Shown: positions 30,401 to 40,559 of the stretch, in pieces
How the letters are laid out: every line of letters starts with the position of its first letter
How positions within the stretch are numbered: the first letter of the stretch is position 1
NCBI GenBank assembly: GCA_965200315.1
Contig: OZ241362.1
Coordinates: 1,760,001-1,824,000 of the forward strand
Source: Candidatus Latescibacterota bacterium
GTDB lineage: Bacteria > Latescibacterota > UBA2968 > UBA8231
DNA: 64,000 nucleotides
Reading direction: 5' to 3'
Notes under the pieces: generated by a model
The model's database searches: none
What the model was told of the DNA's origin: nothing
Seen by the model: only the letters and a program-made list of their open reading frames with translations
Program-made: the position numbers and the translations under genes

Positions 30401-30694
30401 GCGCTCTAGCTCGACGCTGACTACGCCCATACCCTCAGAAGCAGTGGAGCGCACGTGGCGCACCCCATCTAGGCCGCGCACCCGCTCCTCAATGCGCTTG
30501 CAAACGGCATCCTCAACCTCGGCCGGCGTCGCGCCTAAGTAGGGCACTTGGATTTGCACCTGATCGAGCGACATCTCGGGGAAGGTCTCTTTCTTGGTAT
30601 GCATCATGGCAAACAGACCGCTCAACATGATGAAGCCCATCAGCAGATTGGCGGCGACGTGGTTCTTGGCCATCCAAGATACGGGTGCTTTCAC
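27494..30694 (-). CDS. RND efflux transporter permease (AcrB family)
   Basis: GIVVDDAIIVGENI, GVVVNDS, RFRPILLTSLTT; 1066 aa. Confidence 0.95.
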   Translation of the reverse strand: MKAPVSWMAKNHVAANLLMGFIMLSGLFAMMHTKKETFPEMSLDQVQIQVPYLGATPAEVEDAVCKRIEERVRGLDGVRHVRSTASEGMGVVSVELERGADIDKSLDDIKNELDRIDTFPAETEEPVVKELTRRNQAIHVVLYGDVEEKALKVAAERVRDDLRSSGVISQVELKGVRVDEIAIEVSEEALRRYGLTFAQVAAAVRRTSVDLPAGSVESEDGAILLRTQGLMRTGRAYEEVVVLTRPDGTALKLKDVATVVDGFEDTELVARFNGQPAAVVQVYRIGDQNALDISDYVHQYIEDKRQTLPAGIHIGYARDDARILRSRIDLLIRNARLGLVLVFICLSLFLDLRLAFWVMMGIPISFLGAFVLMEPFDASINMLSLFAFIVALGIVVDDAIIVGENIFSHRVQGKSFGRAAIDGALEVGTPVAFSIMTSIAAFMPLFFVEGMIGKFLSVIPVIVISVLLLSLIESLFILPAHLSSKGDGPLSRLFRRIFIRPLDWHARVVVLFDRGLQHVIRNTYKPTLRLALAHPISTAALALSLMLCTAGLVTGGHIKLVVMPGIGSDWVTIAVNMPQGTTATQTAKVVRHIEEQAIVLRDQIDAERGGGDSIYRNVFTYIGDQPMARRSSLVSVRGAGQGHLAEVTVELLPSEERDLASAEIEARLRQLVGEVPGPESIVFSSTLFSVGNPIEVELASKNFDQLLLAVERLKGKIAEYAGVGDIQDSFAEGKLEMKLQLKPQARTLGLTLADLARQVRQGFYGDQVLRFQRGSDDVRVMVRYPKDERRNVGDVRSMRVRTPSGAEVPFAEVATVTVGHAYASIQRTDGQRVVRVSASVDDQAANADEINRDLEASFLPALVQDYPELRYRFAGEQQEQQDSLQSLLFNFIIALFAIYVLLAVPFRSYTQPLVVMSAIPFGIIGAVWGHLLMGLDLALLSLFGIVALSGVVVNDSLVLLSLYNQMRREGTSHEEALVSAGVARFRPILLTSLTTFFGLLPMILEESLQAQFLMPMAVSLGFGILFATFIILLGVPVGMRLLVDVQGLWGRLSEDETAEVAPVTGS

Positions 30695-31932
30695 GGTTGA
30701 GCTCCTAGGTTGCCGTCCGCGAGGCGCACCTGCATCCCGTCGGTAACGCCGCTGAGCTGAGAGACGATGACCCGCTCTTCCGGGGCCATATCGATATAGG
30801 CCAGCACTTCATCTTCAAGTGCGCGCGCCACTTGCACTTGGCGGATGCGGAGGACGCCGTCGCGGCCCACCGCCCACACGCGGTCGCCCTCGCGCAAAGC
30901 GACGCGGGGCAGGACGCGGACGCCGTCGACCGTGCGGCCGGCGATAGCCACCTCGACGAACATCCCCACCGTCAGCGGCGGGGTCCCATCGGCAATGCCA
31001 CCGTAGGGAGCTTCGACCTCAACGACTAAGCGGACCATGCGGCTTTGCGGGTCGAGCTCGCCCTCGGTGCGGACTACGCGCCCATCCCACTGGTGCCGAC
31101 GGCCGGCAAAGGCCCCGCGGACCACAACACTGGCACCCTCTCGGCTAAAGGCAAAGGCGTGGGAACGGCCCTCGGCGTTGCGCTCGGCAACAGCATTGGG
31201 CGTACTGGCCGCCGCGATAGCAATGGGCAGCGGTAGGGTGAACCACCCGAGGTCTTCGTCGGGGACGGGAACGACGATCTCGGCCTTTTCGATACTGTAT
31301 AGTTGGGCGATGGCTTGGCCGGCGTTGAGGTGCTGGCCGACATCGACGCGAGCCGTGCGCACCCGACCGGCAAACGGCGCGTACACCTTGGTGCGGTCTA
31401 AGCGCAACCGCGCTTCGGCGAGCCGCGCTTCCGCTCCTTGGAGGCTGGCCTCGGCCGCCCGTAGCTGGGGTTGGCGCAGCACCAAGTCAGTGGGAGCTTC
31501 TTCGGCGTGCAGCCGCTGCCACTCCTGCTTGGCAATAGCGGCTTCCTCTCGGGCCAAGTCGAGTTGATAGCTCGCCTGCGCCACTTGGGCGGCGGCCTGT
31601 TGCACGGCGAGTTCGTAGTCGCGCGGGTCAATCCGAAACAGCAGCGCGCCCTTGGCAAAGGTCCCGCCGGGTTTGAAATCGGCGTCCTTCCACACCACAA
31701 TACCCGACACCTGCGGCACTAGATCAATCTGGGCGTCGGGACGCACTGTACCCTGCCCCTCAACTACGACTTGAACCTGCTGGAGCGGGGCGGCTACGGC
31801 TTCGACGAGCGGGCCGACATAGGAGCGTGAGACGCGCTGGGGCGGCTCGCGCATTGAGTCCAGCAGTTGGAAGGCCCCAAAGCCGAGGGCGAGAATGAGA
31901 ATCGGCAAAGCTATTTTGAAGACGCGCATCAT
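30691..31932 (-). CDS. RND periplasmic adaptor (membrane fusion protein)
   Basis: PQVSG.V, coiled coil, APFAGRV; position in operon. Confidence 0.92.
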   Translation of the reverse strand: MMRVFKIALPILILALGFGAFQLLDSMREPPQRVSRSYVGPLVEAVAAPLQQVQVVVEGQGTVRPDAQIDLVPQVSGIVVWKDADFKPGGTFAKGALLFRIDPRDYELAVQQAAAQVAQASYQLDLAREEAAIAKQEWQRLHAEEAPTDLVLRQPQLRAAEASLQGAEARLAEARLRLDRTKVYAPFAGRVRTARVDVGQHLNAGQAIAQLYSIEKAEIVVPVPDEDLGWFTLPLPIAIAAASTPNAVAERNAEGRSHAFAFSREGASVVVRGAFAGRRHQWDGRVVRTEGELDPQSRMVRLVVEVEAPYGGIADGTPPLTVGMFVEVAIAGRTVDGVRVLPRVALREGDRVWAVGRDGVLRIRQVQVARALEDEVLAYIDMAPEERVIVSQLSGVTDGMQVRLADGNLGAQP

Positions 31933-33347
31933 TGCTGAATCTCCGCGTACTGAGAGGCAAGGGTAAAGCCGCCGCCAAGGGCTAGGTGCAAATCGATCCG
32001 CTTATCGAGGCGCTGGCGACGGACGGCGAGCAGGCGACTCTCGGCATCAAAGGCCCGGCGTTGAGACTCCAGCAGGGCGATGAGATCGGCGAGCCCCCTG
32101 GAGTAGCGATCTTCGGCCAAGGAGCGCGCTGCCACAGCTTCTTCCGCGGCCGTGGCTAGTGCTCGTTCTTGATCGGCGAGCAAGCCTTCGGCGTTCAGCG
32201 CCGCCTCCACCTCGCCGTAGGCTCTAAGTGCGCTCTGCGCGTAGGCAAAAAGCGCTTGCTCGGCCGCGGCCGCAGCCTGATCAACGCCCGCGCGCAGGCG
32301 GCCGCCTTGCAGCAGGGGCTGCGCGATATTGCCCACGAGGTTCCAGACCGAGAAATCGCCATCGAGCAAGTCGCGCAATGCGCTCGACGAGCGGCCCGTA
32401 GAGGCCGTGAGGCTGATGCGGGGCAACAGGGCGCGCCGGGCTTGGGCCAGCCGGCGGTCAGCGGCGGCGAGGCGGCGGTCAGCGGCCACGAGGTCGGGCC
32501 GCCGTTCCACGAGCTGGGCGGGCAGGCCGGCTGGAACCGGGCTGCCGATGGCGGGCAACTCGTCCCCAACCTCAATCCGGGCGCTGGGGTAGCGGCCCAA
32601 GATCAATTCGAGCTGGCGCAGGGCAGCATCCCGTTGCTGGCGGCGTTGGGCGAGGGTCGCCTCGGCCGCGGCCAAGCTCGACCGGCCCAAGCGCACGTCG
32701 AGCGATGAGCGCAAGCCACGGCGATAGCGATCCTCTATCTGCTCGGTGGAAAGCCGGTAGTTTGCAACCGTCGCCCTCGCCAGCGAGACTTGGTGGCCCG
32801 CTTCAACCGCGGCGAAATAAGCTCGCGCCGTCTGCGAGGCCAGCGAGAGACGCGCCGCGCGAAAATCAGCGGCTGCGGCGTCGGCGTCGGCGAGCGCGGC
32901 TTGCGCACCAGCGCGCAAGCGACCCCACAGGTCAGCTTCCCAACTCGCGGTCAGATCAACGCCAAAGGACGTGCTCTTGGAGGTCAAGACCTGATCCGGG
33001 TCTCTCCCGGGGATGGGCAGGCCGACGAAGTTCTGTTTGCGCCGTGCGCTATGGGCATTGATGCCGAGTTGAGGCCAGAGCGGCGCACCTGCCACCCGGG
33101 CCTGGGCTTGGGCTTGGGCCAGACGCGCCCCGGCAATTTTGAGATTGTAGTTGTGCTCCAAGGCCAACGCCACGAGGCTGTCGAGGCGCACAGCCCCCAT
33201 ATCGCGCCACCAATGGTCGGCGACAGGGGCCTCTGAAGCCTCGGCCGTCCATTGGTCCGGCTGGGCCAAGTCGAGGGCCGGATACTCGACTTTGGGAGCT
33301 GAAGCACAGGCGAGCAGAAATAGCACCGGGAGGCACAACGGCCTCAT
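31929..33347 (-). CDS. Efflux outer membrane lipoprotein (NodT/OprM family)
   Basis: LLACA lipobox, WEADLWGRLR, LVERRPDL, LHLALGGG. Confidence 0.92.
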   Translation of the reverse strand: MRPLCLPVLFLLACASAPKVEYPALDLAQPDQWTAEASEAPVADHWWRDMGAVRLDSLVALALEHNYNLKIAGARLAQAQAQARVAGAPLWPQLGINAHSARRKQNFVGLPIPGRDPDQVLTSKSTSFGVDLTASWEADLWGRLRAGAQAALADADAAAADFRAARLSLASQTARAYFAAVEAGHQVSLARATVANYRLSTEQIEDRYRRGLRSSLDVRLGRSSLAAAEATLAQRRQQRDAALRQLELILGRYPSARIEVGDELPAIGSPVPAGLPAQLVERRPDLVAADRRLAAADRRLAQARRALLPRISLTASTGRSSSALRDLLDGDFSVWNLVGNIAQPLLQGGRLRAGVDQAAAAAEQALFAYAQSALRAYGEVEAALNAEGLLADQERALATAAEEAVAARSLAEDRYSRGLADLIALLESQRRAFDAESRLLAVRRQRLDKRIDLHLALGGGFTLASQYAEIQQ

Positions 33348-34210
33348 GGCAATGCTCCAGGGGAAGCGGCGAAGTCCGCGTAGCGGACTTCTATTTGTGC
33401 GGGGCCGGGGTCTTGGTCTAGGACGAAAAGCGCGTGGTGCAGATCCAAGCACTCGCCGGCTGTCAGCTCTAAGTCGCCTTCTATCAGCAGGCCTGTGCCC
33501 AGCAAGTTGGCGCGGGTAAACCAAGTGACCGGGTACCGCGGGTTGCTCGGGTGATCCATGAGCGCGACAAAGCCGCCGCTTTTCCCGCACGCCCCCACCC
33601 AACGGGCGTGCTGATGCATGATGTTTGCGTGGCCCTCGCGTCCCTCGCTGCAATAGTGGTCGGCTTCGGCAAAGGAAGGCCCCATGCGCAGCACCAGCCC
33701 TGAGTAGCGCGCCGCCCGCGAGGCCCCCATCACCAGCCGGTCGCCGACTGGCTCAATGCGCGTGGATAGCCGCAAGCAGTAGCCACCCTCCGTGCTGTAA
33801 AAACCAAAAGAGCGCGACTCCCGCGCCATGAGCCGATCATGGCCGTCGAGCCAAGAAAGCGACTCAGAAACGCAACCCGCTTCCAAAGCCGTGAAGCAAT
33901 CGTGCCGCTGCATGCCGTGGCTGTCGTCGACGTGTTCGTACTTCTTTGTTTCCGGCAAATACCAACGCCCGCCCCACAAATTCGCGTCGTTGACGTGGAC
34001 CCAGCCGAAGAACAGCCCCGTATGCCAAGCGTGGTCGGGCGGGCGGTACTCCGTAACGAGCTGGCCGGAAAGCGTGTACAGTGGCGCGAAGCAGGGCTTG
34101 GGGGACTCGCTGCGGGGCAGCTCCTCGGTGGCGCGGTACAGGGCCAGCAACTGATCGCCCGCGTGAATTTCAACGCCGAGGGCGTTTTCTCGCAAATCAA
34201 AAGCACTCAT
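33344..34210 (-). CDS. DUF6807 / 'PmoA'-like family protein (not methane monooxygenase)
   Basis: KPCFAPL, P.DH.WH.GLF, Y.GL..R, DHPSNP. Confidence 0.7.
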   Translation of the reverse strand: MSAFDLRENALGVEIHAGDQLLALYRATEELPRSESPKPCFAPLYTLSGQLVTEYRPPDHAWHTGLFFGWVHVNDANLWGGRWYLPETKKYEHVDDSHGMQRHDCFTALEAGCVSESLSWLDGHDRLMARESRSFGFYSTEGGYCLRLSTRIEPVGDRLVMGASRAARYSGLVLRMGPSFAEADHYCSEGREGHANIMHQHARWVGACGKSGGFVALMDHPSNPRYPVTWFTRANLLGTGLLIEGDLELTAGECLDLHHALFVLDQDPGPAQIEVRYADFAASPGALP

Positions 34211-34212
34211 AG

Positions 34213-35148
34213 CTATTTCTCCAATTCTCGCTTGAACCATGCAATCGTTCGGCCCAACCCTTCGTCCGGCCCCACGCGGGGCGTCCAGCCGAGGAGGGAG
34301 CGGGCCTTGGCAATGTCGGGCAGGCGCACCCGAGGGTCGTCCTGCGGCAGCTCGCCGAAGGCGATGCAGCTCTTGGCCCCGGTCATGGCGACGATCTTGT
34401 GGGCTAAGTCTAGCATGGTGATTTCACTGGGGTTGCCGAGGTTGACCGGGGTCTTCACGTCGGACAGCATGAGCCTGTAGAGGCCGGCGATCAGGTCGCT
34501 GTAATGGCAGATGCTGCGCGTTTGCTGGCCATCGCCATAGACCGTCAGATCGCGGCCCTTGAGGGCTTGGATGATGAAGTTGGGCACGGCCCGACCGTCG
34601 TCTTGGCGCATGCGTTCTCCATAGGTATTGAATATGCGCGCAATGCGCACATCTGTGCCGTGCATACGATGGTACGCCATGGTCATGGCCTCGGCAAAGC
34701 GCTTGGCCTCGTCGTACACGCCGCGGATGCCAATGGGATTGACGTTGCCGAGGTACTCCTCGGACTGGGGATGCACCAAGGGGTCGCCATAGACTTCCGA
34801 AGTAGAAGCCAGCAGGAACTTGGCCTGCTTGGCCACGGCCAACCCCAAGGTCTTGTGCGTACCCAACGCGCCGACCTTGAGGATGTTGATGCCCAACCGC
34901 TCGAAGTCGGCCGGGCTAGCCGGGCTGGCGAGGTGCAGGATGAAGTCGAGCGGACCATCTACGTGGATGTAGTTGGTGACATCGTATTGAACAAACTGGA
35001 ACCGCGCATGGCCGAGCAGATGGGCGATGTTCTCGGGCCGGCCCGTGAGGAAGTTGTCCATGCAGATGATTTCGCAGCCTTTTTCCAGCAGTAGATCGCT
35101 CAGATGCGACCCCAAGAAACCTGCGCCGCCGGTGATCAGCACACGCAT
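34213..35148 (-). CDS. UDP-glucuronate decarboxylase-like NAD-dependent epimerase/dehydratase
   Basis: [42 protein letters not shown]. Confidence 0.92.
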   Translation of the reverse strand: MRVLITGGAGFLGSHLSDLLLEKGCEIICMDNFLTGRPENIAHLLGHARFQFVQYDVTNYIHVDGPLDFILHLASPASPADFERLGINILKVGALGTHKTLGLAVAKQAKFLLASTSEVYGDPLVHPQSEEYLGNVNPIGIRGVYDEAKRFAEAMTMAYHRMHGTDVRIARIFNTYGERMRQDDGRAVPNFIIQALKGRDLTVYGDGQQTRSICHYSDLIAGLYRLMLSDVKTPVNLGNPSEITMLDLAHKIVAMTGAKSCIAFGELPQDDPRVRLPDIAKARSLLGWTPRVGPDEGLGRTIAWFKRELEK

Positions 35149-35293
35149 TGTTTAGGCTCCTTTCGCTGCTGGTGGTCCGGCAATTCGCCGCTCTCTTTAG
35201 CAACATAAAAATGTATTGCTGTCTTGAGGAACTTTCAACCTCGACGCGGGAACGCCGGCCTTAGAAAGATGGAAGACCCGTTCATTTTGAACT

Positions 35294-35324
35294 ATATTTA
35301 TGATTTATTATAAACCATAAATAT
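35294..35324. promoter_or_regulatory. Inverted-repeat operator upstream of vapBC
   Basis: ATATTTATGATTTA-TTA-TAAACCATAAATAT (14-bp arms, 1 mismatch). Confidence 0.7.
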
Positions 35325-35335
35325 GAGGCAAAGAT

Positions 35336-35575
35336 ATGGAATCTCTGACTATCCACATGGACGATGCCTTGGCCCAGCTCATACGCAAGAAAGCCGCTGC
35401 CGAGGGAAAAAGTCTAAACAAGACTATAAACGGTGTGCTGAAGGAGGGCTTGGGACTGCAACCGCCGAATCATCGCGCTGACTTTTTGGATCAGTGCGGC
35501 GTGTGGAGCACCGAGGAACGGACTGAATTCGACGCCTTGACTCGCCGCCAAGTAGATCCTGAGGACTGGCAGTGA
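35336..35575 (+). CDS. Antitoxin (RHH-type, VapB-like)
   Basis: 79 aa, A..EGKSLNK, overlaps the PIN gene start. Confidence 0.8.
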   Translation: MESLTIHMDDALAQLIRKKAAAEGKSLNKTINGVLKEGLGLQPPNHRADFLDQCGVWSTEERTEFDALTRRQVDPEDWQ

Positions 35576-35961
35576 AGGCCCTGCTCGACACCAATGCGTT
35601 AAGTGCCCTGTGGAACGGCGACAAACGCGTACTCGATGCCTTGGGTCAGGCGGAGTGCGTGTTTATGTCCATCATCGTGCTCGGCGAATTATTCGCCGGT
35701 TTTCGCGGAGGGACCCGGACGAAAGAGAATCGCGCTCGTTTAGCTGGATTCCTAGCCAAACCCACCGTGCGCACGCTCGAATTATCTACCGAGACGGCCG
35801 AGGTTTACGGTCAGCTCAAGGATGAACTGAAGAAAGCCGGTACGCCTGTACCTATTAATGATGTCTGGCTATCGGCTCAGGCCATTGAAACCGGCTCGGT
35901 TTTGATCACTTTTGACAGCCACTTTGGCAACGTGCGAGGGGTCCGCCTGTGGGACCCCTAA
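35572..35961 (+). CDS. vapC: VapC PIN-domain toxin
   Basis: LLDTN, IVLGEL, P.NDVW, LITFD.HF. Confidence 0.9.
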   Translation: MKALLDTNALSALWNGDKRVLDALGQAECVFMSIIVLGELFAGFRGGTRTKENRARLAGFLAKPTVRTLELSTETAEVYGQLKDELKKAGTPVPINDVWLSAQAIETGSVLITFDSHFGNVRGVRLWDP

Positions 35962-35995
35962 CCGCTCAGCGTTCTTCCGAGTTACTTGGTCGCGC

Positions 35996-36763
35996 CTAAC
36001 CCTGAGAGGTCTCCAGCCCCATCTGCTGATGCTGGCTTTGCAGGGACTCTTGGTATCTCCGCCGGCCCTCCTCATCAACCCTACAACTGACGCCTTCGAA
36101 GACCATGGCAAAAGCACGGCGGTGGCGCTGCGACGAGCGATTGGGATCGGCCCGGTGGATGACTTCGCCGTGGTGGACCACCGCATCGCCGGGCTGCAAA
36201 TGCACCGCAACTTCGCTGGCTCGGTCTTGCGGGCCGTAATCGGCAATGCCCTGCGAAAAACCTAAGACCGCAGTGCGGTTGTGCGGCCGGATGCCCTTGC
36301 GATGCGAGCCGGGGCTGTAGCGCAGGCAGCCGTTTTCCTCGTCAACCGGGTCGAGGGCCAGCCAAATGGAGGCGACGTTGGGCGGCGTGAGGTTGAAGTA
36401 GAAATTGTCCTGATGCGGCGGCGTGGCGTGTTCGGTTTGCGGCGGCTTGTTGAACCACTCGGGCTGGCTCACCTGCGCGGCTTCGCCGATGAGGGTTTGG
36501 GCTAGGGCCTTCCAGCTCGGTTGGTCGCGGTATTCTGAGAAGAAGGCGTCGTAGTCGCCCATGCTCTGTAGTTGTTTCAGGGTTTCGGGCCGGGCCTTGT
36601 CTTGGTAGAAGGCGGCCTGATCGGGCAGGATCGGCACCACGTCGCGGACGTAGCGGGCGACTTGGGCCGTTAGGTCTTTGAGTTCGTCAGGGGGCAGGAA
36701 GTTGCGCACGAGGACGAAGCCGTCGCGGTCATAAGCGGCTTTATAGGAAATGTAGTCGGACAT
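35996..36763 (-). CDS. PhyH family dioxygenase
   Basis: FNKPP, HQDNFY, NGCLRYSPGSH, IHRAD.N. Confidence 0.88.
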   Translation of the reverse strand: MSDYISYKAAYDRDGFVLVRNFLPPDELKDLTAQVARYVRDVVPILPDQAAFYQDKARPETLKQLQSMGDYDAFFSEYRDQPSWKALAQTLIGEAAQVSQPEWFNKPPQTEHATPPHQDNFYFNLTPPNVASIWLALDPVDEENGCLRYSPGSHRKGIRPHNRTAVLGFSQGIADYGPQDRASEVAVHLQPGDAVVHHGEVIHRADPNRSSQRHRRAFAMVFEGVSCRVDEEGRRRYQESLQSQHQQMGLETSQG

Positions 36764-36773
36764 GATGGCGCTC

Positions 36774-36797
36774 CCTTCGGCTCTGCTCAGGGCAGGC
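36774..36797 (+). repeat. Related short repeat CCTTCGGCTCTGCTCAGGGCAGGC
   Basis: Shares CCTTCGGCT..GCTCAGG with the palindromic element; overlaps the RBS region of the PhyH gene. Confidence 0.6.
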
Positions 36798-37202
36798 TCT
36801 CAGTTTTCGGTCGCTCTGCGAAATGAACTCTCATTCAACCGTATCATTTTAACTAACTTCATCAAAAAATGACAGTCAAGGCGATCCGCTCGCGGACGAG
36901 GAGTTGACGGCGATCCGAGCCGAGTTAGACCGAGCATCCTCGCATCCTCGCCTGTCGGGCACCTAATAGTGCAAGTTGCGGCTTCTCCGACAATTGCCAC
37001 AAGTAGGGTGCCGCTTACTACCGCCGGTTGGGGAGCGATATGTGGCGACGAACGTGCCCCGCACGGGATGCTCGCCGGGATCATGGATTTCGCCCGCCAA
37101 GTAGGGCTTGTTAATCAGGTAGTGGCCACGGAACCGCAACCGGGGATTGCTATAGCATTGCGCTGGCACAATAGGAGCAGTTCGGCTAGTCACCACCGCC
37201 TA

Positions 37203-37810
37203 CTAGACCAATTCCCCAATGTCCCGCCATCCCAAGACGATACCGTGGGCGCGTACCTGACGCTCTTCCCCGCCGTAGATCAGATAGTAGTCCTGCTCCA
37301 CCGGCAAAGCCGCTGCCAATTTCTTATAGTAGCGCAAACCCTTAAACTGGTCCGTGCCCAGCGTCGCGCCCGCCTTGATTTCGACCACCTGCCGCCGGCC
37401 ACCCCATTCGCAAAGCAAGTCTAACTCGTTGCCAATGTTGTCGCGCCAGAAGTAGAGGTCTGGACGGCGGCCCGCGTTGACGTGCTGTTTGGTTATCTCG
37501 GCGATGACCCAATTCTCAAAAATCGCCCCGCGTAAATAGTGGGTGGCGAGTTGGTCGGCCGGCTCCAGCCCCAAAAGCGAGCACCGCAGGCCCGTGTCGT
37601 AGAAGTAGAGCTTGGGCGCCTTGATGAGCCGTTTGGAAAAATTCTCGTGATGCGGATAGAGCAGGAAGGCGATATAACTCGCTTCCAGTACCGAAATCCA
37701 AGCGCGCACCGTCTTGTAGTTGATCCCCAAGTCGTTGCCGAGGCCGCTCAAATCGAGCAACTGGCCAACGCGCCCAGCACAAACCCGCAAAAAGCTACAC
37801 CACCTATCCG
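37203..37810 (-). pseudogene. C-terminal part (DUF4143) of an AAA-family ATPase; N-terminus lost
   Basis: KAPKLYFYDTGL, GAIFENWVI.E, YFWRD..G.ELD; no Walker A motif upstream. Confidence 0.75.
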
Positions 37811-38052
37811 CAGACGATACCCCTCGAATTGTCGGGAAATCAACCGTATAAAATCGACGGCATCGATACGTGGAACATGCAAATCGCCCCCATTGGAACG
37901 GCACAGCCGGGAGCATATACGTTCGCTACGCCCTACAGCGACTTTGCCTACCGCTTTACGTCGTATGCACCGGGCGAGAAAATCCGCCCGGCAGCCAAGT
38001 CATAGGCCAATGTACTCCAAGGCAATGCACCGCTCACAGCGCGGGCGACTTG

Positions 38053-38184
38053 CAACATCACTGGGATTTTGGCGACGGAACAACCGCTAGCCAATCGAAC
38101 CCAACTCACGGGTACGAACATTTCGGACAATACACCGCAACCTCACTCAGAAGGCGCGACATCGGCTACAGCACTCGCAATTAA
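38053..38184 (+). pseudogene. PKD-domain remnant
   Basis: WDFGDGT....NPTH.Y...GQYT motif in a broken frame. Confidence 0.55.
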
Positions 38185-38428
38185 CGTAGCTCCCCCAAGC
38201 TGCAACAGACATCGGCAAATACGCCACATTCTCCGGCTCGCACGACGATCTAGTTTTTCTTTGGGAGAGCGCAGATAGCGACGACGCGATTCTCGACGCC
38301 ATTTGCGCGATCGAAGCGCACAGCCAGCGGCGGTAGGGATTGCCGAGTGGCAATTTACAGCCGGTTTGTTGGCTTGGCGGAGGCGGCACAAAAATTCAAA
38401 ATGAGCAGGGGTGAGTGCAGCAGGGGCT

Positions 38429-39910
38429 CTACTCAGATTCCTCCAGAGTCCCATCATAAGAACCAGCGAGTGCTTCACCTTGCGCTTTGATTTCTTCCAA
38501 GCGGCGCGACAAACTACGCACGGTATCCGGGTGCTTATCGTACAAATTCTGCCGCTCGGCGATATCGTCTTTGAGGTTGAACAGTTCTCCGGGGCAATCA
38601 TGGTCTCTATAGCCCCGCTCCGCCTTGAACCAATCCGGCTCGCGGTTGTCGTCGCCAGAAGGAGCGTCGATAAAGACCCAGTCGTCCTCGCGCAGGGCAA
38701 AGCGGCCCGAACAACTGTGATGCACGGCCGAGCGGCGCACTGGCGCGTCAATTTCTCCCTGTAACAAGGGCAATATGCTAATACTGTCCTCGGCCCCCGG
38801 AGGCAACTCGACTCCAGTCAACTGGACACAGGTGGCCATAAAATCGCCCAATAGAGCGAGCTGGCCGCAGACCGATCCGGCCGGAGTGACGCCGGGCCAG
38901 CGGGCGACAAAGGGCACGCGGTGCCCGCCCTCCCAAGTGTCGCGCTTGGCACCGCGCAAATGGGCCATGCTGTAGTGGCCGAATTGGCGCACGTGCTCGT
39001 AGCAGCCACCAGCCGCGGCCGGACTGCACTCGGGGCCGTTATCGCTGGTGAAGATGAGCAGTGTGTCGTCGGTTAGCTCCTGCTCGTCGAGCGCGGCCAT
39101 AATTTCTCCGACCACCCAATCGACTTCGCAGACAAAATCGCCGTACAGACCTGCCCCGCTACAACCGATAAAGTCCTGATTGGGGACAATCGGCGTGTGC
39201 GGCGAGGTCAGCGGCAAGTAGAGGAAAAAGGGATCGGAGCCAGCTTCGGCGATGTAGGCGCGGGCGCGGCGAACGAATTCGGGGACCATGTCCTCTAATT
39301 TCCAGCCCGGCATCATGGCCCCGGGCAGGCCGAACATCTCCGCGGGCTTTTGCGCGGTCGGGGCCGCAGCCAGCCGGTCCTGTTCAAACCAAGTGTAGGG
39401 CGGGAAATTGGGCACATCGACTCCAAAGTAGTAGTCAAAGCCACACGCTAGGGGGCCACCGCCGATGGGCTGGCTGTAATCGATATTGCGCTCTAGGGCT
39501 AGGCGCTGGTCGCGGTCGAGGCGGCCGATGGGAGCGTCACCGCAGGCTGGTTTGCCGTCCTTGGTCGCCCATTCCCAGCCGAGATGCCACTTGCCGATGC
39601 AGGCAGTGCGGTAGCCTTGCTGGCTCAGCATCTTGGCTACTGTGGGGCGGGCGGCTTCTATCAAGGGCGGATCCCAAGGCCACAGGACGCTGCTTTTGAG
39701 CGGAGTGCGCCAGCAATAGCGACCAGTGAGCAGGGCGTAGCGGCTGGGCGAGCAGACGCTGGAGGAGGCGTGGGCGTCGGTAAAGCGCATCCCCTCGGCG
39801 GCGAGGCGGTCGAGGTGCGGCGTGGGAATTTTGCAACCGGGGTTGTTGCATCCCATGTCGCCGTATCCCATGTCGTCGGCGAGGATGTAGATGATGTTGG
39901 GCTTTTGCAT
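38429..39910 (-). CDS. Arylsulfatase (FGly-dependent)
   Basis: KPNIIYILADDMG, CSPSRYALLTG, GKWHLG, FTSDNG, WEGGHRVP. Confidence 0.94.
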   Translation of the reverse strand: MQKPNIIYILADDMGYGDMGCNNPGCKIPTPHLDRLAAEGMRFTDAHASSSVCSPSRYALLTGRYCWRTPLKSSVLWPWDPPLIEAARPTVAKMLSQQGYRTACIGKWHLGWEWATKDGKPACGDAPIGRLDRDQRLALERNIDYSQPIGGGPLACGFDYYFGVDVPNFPPYTWFEQDRLAAAPTAQKPAEMFGLPGAMMPGWKLEDMVPEFVRRARAYIAEAGSDPFFLYLPLTSPHTPIVPNQDFIGCSGAGLYGDFVCEVDWVVGEIMAALDEQELTDDTLLIFTSDNGPECSPAAAGGCYEHVRQFGHYSMAHLRGAKRDTWEGGHRVPFVARWPGVTPAGSVCGQLALLGDFMATCVQLTGVELPPGAEDSISILPLLQGEIDAPVRRSAVHHSCSGRFALREDDWVFIDAPSGDDNREPDWFKAERGYRDHDCPGELFNLKDDIAERQNLYDKHPDTVRSLSRRLEEIKAQGEALAGSYDGTLEESE

Positions 39911-39925
39911 AGCCGGTCCTTTCTT

Positions 39926-40557
39926 TTAGAGGGAAATCGCTACTGATAGGCTGAACTCTCGATCGACGTCCCCGTTCGGTCCGGGAGCACCGGCCCAGCC
40001 GTTGGCCAAGCGGTCGTAGGCCACAATCAACCCGTCGGCTCCCCAAGGCATCAGCGCGGTGTAAGACGTGCTCATAGCGGGCTCCTCTCCGGCCTGCGCG
40101 TTACAGAAGGCGTCCGAAAAACCCGCATCCGGCTCGACCAAGCGGTTGTGATGCACCCCCAGATTTACCCGCTCCCATTTTTCGCCCTGCCCATCGGCGC
40201 ACAGCCAGAGAAACAGGCCCGGGCGGCCACCAGTTATCACTATTGAGCCATTGCCCAACCGAGCTAGCCGCGGCTGCACCGAGGCCATCCCCTCCATGCG
40301 CACCGACGGCGACCACGTCCGGCCTTCATCCGCGCTGATGCTCTTGTGGGGCACCAGTTACCACCAGCATTATAGCTCACAAAAAGATCGGCTGGCCATT
40401 TCCCCTGCGCGACATCAGCGGAGCGAATGCAGGCACAGACTAGCGAGTCGTCGCCGACTTGGTGCAGAGACGGAAACCAAAAATGTCCGGTGGCTTGCCC
40501 CACTTCGACCGGAGCACCTGCCTCGACGAGACCGTTCTGGAGCGGATAATCGATCAT
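39926..40557 (-). pseudogene. Sialidase/BNR-repeat protein with internal deletion and frameshift
   Basis: Asp-box-like SYNAGGNW and S.DEGRTW fall in different frames; combined length is short for a propeller. Confidence 0.6.
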
Positions 40558-40559
40558 AG

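Noticed and set aside
33344-34210. Particulate methane monooxygenase
   Set aside because: Soluble protein with no TM helices and no pmoB/pmoC; the family name is misleading.
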